Position numbers and translations under genes: made by a program | Assembly: GCA_026196225.1 (NCBI GenBank) | Contig: JAPHRD010000037.1 | Coordinates: 6,855-70,854 of the forward strand | Length of the DNA: 64,000 bases | Source: Motiliproteus sp. | Lineage (GTDB): Bacteria > Pseudomonadota > Gammaproteobacteria > Pseudomonadales > Balneatricaceae | Direction: 5' to 3' | Shown here: one piece after another, positions 61,907 to 64,000 of the stretch | Layout of the letters: every line of letters begins with the position of its first letter | Position numbering within the stretch: the stretch's first letter is position 1 | The notes under the pieces: generated by a model | The model's input: the letters and a program-made list of their open reading frames with translations, nothing else | Told to the model about the DNA's origin: nothing | Database searches by the model: none

Positions 61907-62346
61907 TTTGGAAATTCTTTGAGGCAGCACCGGCCTGAAGGGTTTCGGATATCACACGCGCAGTTCTTGATCTTGGTTTGTTCCACCACAAAGGCCTTGC
62001 TGCTGCTGGTGCCAGTCAGCCGTATCTCGTCCGAAACCATGGCGTCGGAGATATCGAAGCAATAGCAGAGCGTGCGTTCCGGATCCTCTGACTTTTGACC
62101 GACTGGTTCTCGCACTTGCTCCCTGTTTAAACGCAGGCCATCCAGCGAGAAATAGACAGTATCGCAATCAACTTGAGCGCAGAAGAAATAGGCTTTGTCT
62201 GACAAGCTTCGGTTCAACGGCGCCTTGACCTGATGTAATAGCGTCATCAGCCCCACACTTTTTGAACGAGCTTGGCATGATGGGCACATAACGACTTGGT
62301 TTACCGATAAAGACTTATCCGCTTTACCTGAACAACAGTTACCCAT
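61903..62346 (-). CDS. Cys-rich putative metal-binding protein (CopZ-type zinc-ribbon N-terminus plus BFD-like Cys motifs)
   Basis: 147 aa. MGNCCSGK, CPSCQARSKSVGLMTLLHQV, CYCF...CACDIRNPSGRCCL. Confidence 0.45.
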   Translation of the reverse strand: MGNCCSGKADKSLSVNQVVMCPSCQARSKSVGLMTLLHQVKAPLNRSLSDKAYFFCAQVDCDTVYFSLDGLRLNREQVREPVGQKSEDPERTLCYCFDISDAMVSDEIRLTGTSSSKAFVVEQTKIKNCACDIRNPSGRCCLKEFPK

Positions 62347-62450
62347 TTGACGACCTCAAGAGAATAAATATATGGATAAGAATATTGCCCGACAACGCCC
62401 AACCTTTTCCTTAAAGCAATAACTCGTTGTGTTGGCCATTACCGCGCGAA

Positions 62451-62990
62451 TTAAAATGAGTAATCAAACAGCGCTTTTTTCCGGATTTCGACCATTTCCA
62501 GCAATGAAACCGGTTGAAAAATTTTCGCTGCGTACGCCGCAATCTTACCCAGGTCCTGGTCCGGATTTGGGGCGATCTTCGAGACGATCAGAAACCCCTT
62601 GTTGATATAGAAGCTCGCCCCTTCCTCATTGAGCTTGATCAGGTAATCACCGTAGGTCTGGGGGACTTCAGCCAAGGGGAGCGAGAACTGCTCGCTCATC
62701 GCTTGCCGCAGGTTGTCGGGGATGTCGTAATCCTGAATGGAATCCTTATCGGAGAGCATGCCTGTTTTGAAGGTGTTAATGGCGTCGGCATCGACCATCA
62801 CATCGACAGCCATACCGGAGCGCAAGGCGGCCCAGATGATGTTATAGGCTACACAGATTTGCGCATCATCGTGCTTCAGGCTGGTTTTCAGGTGCACAAA
62901 CAGGCGTTCTTTTGCCGGTTCTGCCTGAACAAGACTGCTCCATGACAGCAGGGTCGCCAGTAGGGCGAAAATAATGGTTAACCGTTTCAT
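62451..62990 (-). CDS. periplasmic protein of unknown function (DsrE-like fold suspected)
   Basis: 179 aa. Signal peptide ...SLVQA/EP. LFVHLKTSLKHDDAQICVAYNIIWAALRSGMAVDVMVDADA. Confidence 0.4.
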   Translation of the reverse strand: MKRLTIIFALLATLLSWSSLVQAEPAKERLFVHLKTSLKHDDAQICVAYNIIWAALRSGMAVDVMVDADAINTFKTGMLSDKDSIQDYDIPDNLRQAMSEQFSLPLAEVPQTYGDYLIKLNEEGASFYINKGFLIVSKIAPNPDQDLGKIAAYAAKIFQPVSLLEMVEIRKKALFDYSF

Positions 62991-63055
62991 AGTGCTTCCT
63001 TTGACTAGTGGTTTGTCGTCATGTATCTGAGAACTACAAGGTCCATCTTACCGGG

Positions 63056-63424
63056 TTAACAGGCCGATTCAGGACGTCCCTTTCGAGTGAGGGTAAAATC
63101 CCAAATACTGCCCGCCAAAATCAGTATCAACCCGACAAAGACTACTATGGAGAGCGGTGTCCACAGAGTGACGCCGGCAAGAACCGCCCCCACCACCGCC
63201 AGCCAAAAAGGAGCACGACGGGCATGCACCTGGTTACGTCGATAGAGCACCCACAGGTTCCATGCCAGCAGACCATAGAATAGCGGTAGCAGAATCAGGT
63301 CATTGATTAGGAAGCCCAAACCCACGCTGCCCAAAGCACCCAGGATGATCGGCAGACCCAGGCAACAGGCCCCGGTAACGCCCGTGGCAAAGAGGGTGCC
63401 AAACTGTTTAACAAGCGATTCCAT
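63056..63424 (-). CDS. merC: mercury transport protein MerC
   Basis: 122 aa, 4 TM. GACCLGLPIILGALGSVGLGFL and LILAGSIWDF match MerC landmarks. Confidence 0.65.
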   Translation of the reverse strand: MESLVKQFGTLFATGVTGACCLGLPIILGALGSVGLGFLINDLILLPLFYGLLAWNLWVLYRRNQVHARRAPFWLAVVGAVLAGVTLWTPLSIVVFVGLILILAGSIWDFTLTRKGRPESAC

Positions 63425-63444
63425 AACTGTTCCTTCTCTGACCG

Positions 63445-63816
63445 TCAGATCGTTTTCAAGTATTTATGTGGCTGTTCAGGCAGTCGCATCAGGACTTGAT
63501 CAAGATTTCTTAGCCGCTGCTGTGACGCCTGTATTTTGTTGTGCAGCACCTCGATCACCGAAACCATTTCCTGACGGTCTCGCCCTCTGATCGCCTTGAT
63601 CAGCGGTCTGATTTCACAGAGTGACAGTCCCGCATCAAGGGCTCGTCGTATCAGGCGTAGACGTTCCAGTGCCGGCTCTTCGTATAGGCCATAGCCATTG
63701 TTGGGGGATTTCCGGCACTCCAGCAACCCCTCCAGGGTATAGTTACGCACGACATACACCGACGTATCGGCCGCGTTGGCCAACTGAGAGATGCTCATTG
63801 GGAAAACTGAAGTCAT
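63445..63816 (-). CDS. merD: MerD-like co-regulator (MerR family)
   Basis: 123 aa. ISQLANAADTSVYVVRNYTLEGLL...GYGLYEEPALERLRLIRRALDAGLSL follows the MerD pattern. Lies directly downstream of merA. Confidence 0.55.
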   Translation of the reverse strand: MTSVFPMSISQLANAADTSVYVVRNYTLEGLLECRKSPNNGYGLYEEPALERLRLIRRALDAGLSLCEIRPLIKAIRGRDRQEMVSVIEVLHNKIQASQQRLRNLDQVLMRLPEQPHKYLKTI

Positions 63817-63905
63817 CCCCCCTCCTCGGGTTCCTCGTTATTTAACCCCGGTGGCCACTATCGAGCGGTCACAGGCGTCAATCACACCTTTTCATAACTC
63901 ACTTA

Positions 63906-64000
<95 letters not shown>

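Overview
Gammaproteobacterial chromosome segment; the taxon is inferred only from gene order and protein motifs. No searches or numeric GC calculations were possible, so composition statements are by eye. (1) 1-33.4 kb is mostly conserved core. It starts with cupin, GGDEF, peptidase, VWA and two-component genes. Then comes the classical minus-strand block pnp-rpsO-truB-rbfA-infB-nusA-rimP / tRNA-Leu-secG-tpiA-glmM-folP-ftsH-rlmE, followed by yhbY, dapE and rlmA. (2) About 33.6-38.4 kb is a visibly AT-rich island that cuts greB after about 57 codons. It carries an insulated orphan two-gene operon (a 421-aa zinc-ribbon protein and a 218-aa membrane-anchored protein). It also holds a divergent Ner/Cro-like and XRE repressor pair with a coupled 2-TM protein, a 59-aa ORF, a G10 tract and a decayed AraC gene. 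The orphan operon is my best candidate for an undescribed conflict or defence system. (3) 38.5-52.5 kb is a compositionally mosaic acyl-CoA catabolic cluster: IclR, ETF-QO, etfBA, FadB-like, family III CoA-transferase, ACAD, TctCBA and thiolase. An AT-rich pair follows (polytopic membrane protein plus an orphan substrate-binding protein). (4) 55.3-64 kb is an integrase-bounded accessory region. It contains a small tyrosine recombinase, a GC-rich operon (DUF302, pentahaem cytochrome c, tetrahaem-c/cytochrome-b fusion, TlpA-like thioredoxin) and a DUF3047 pseudogene. It ends with the distal part of a broad-spectrum mer operon (merA 3' end, merD, merC, two non-canonical genes, merB, a MerR-like gene) that runs off the window. 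No rRNA, CRISPR array or transposase was seen.
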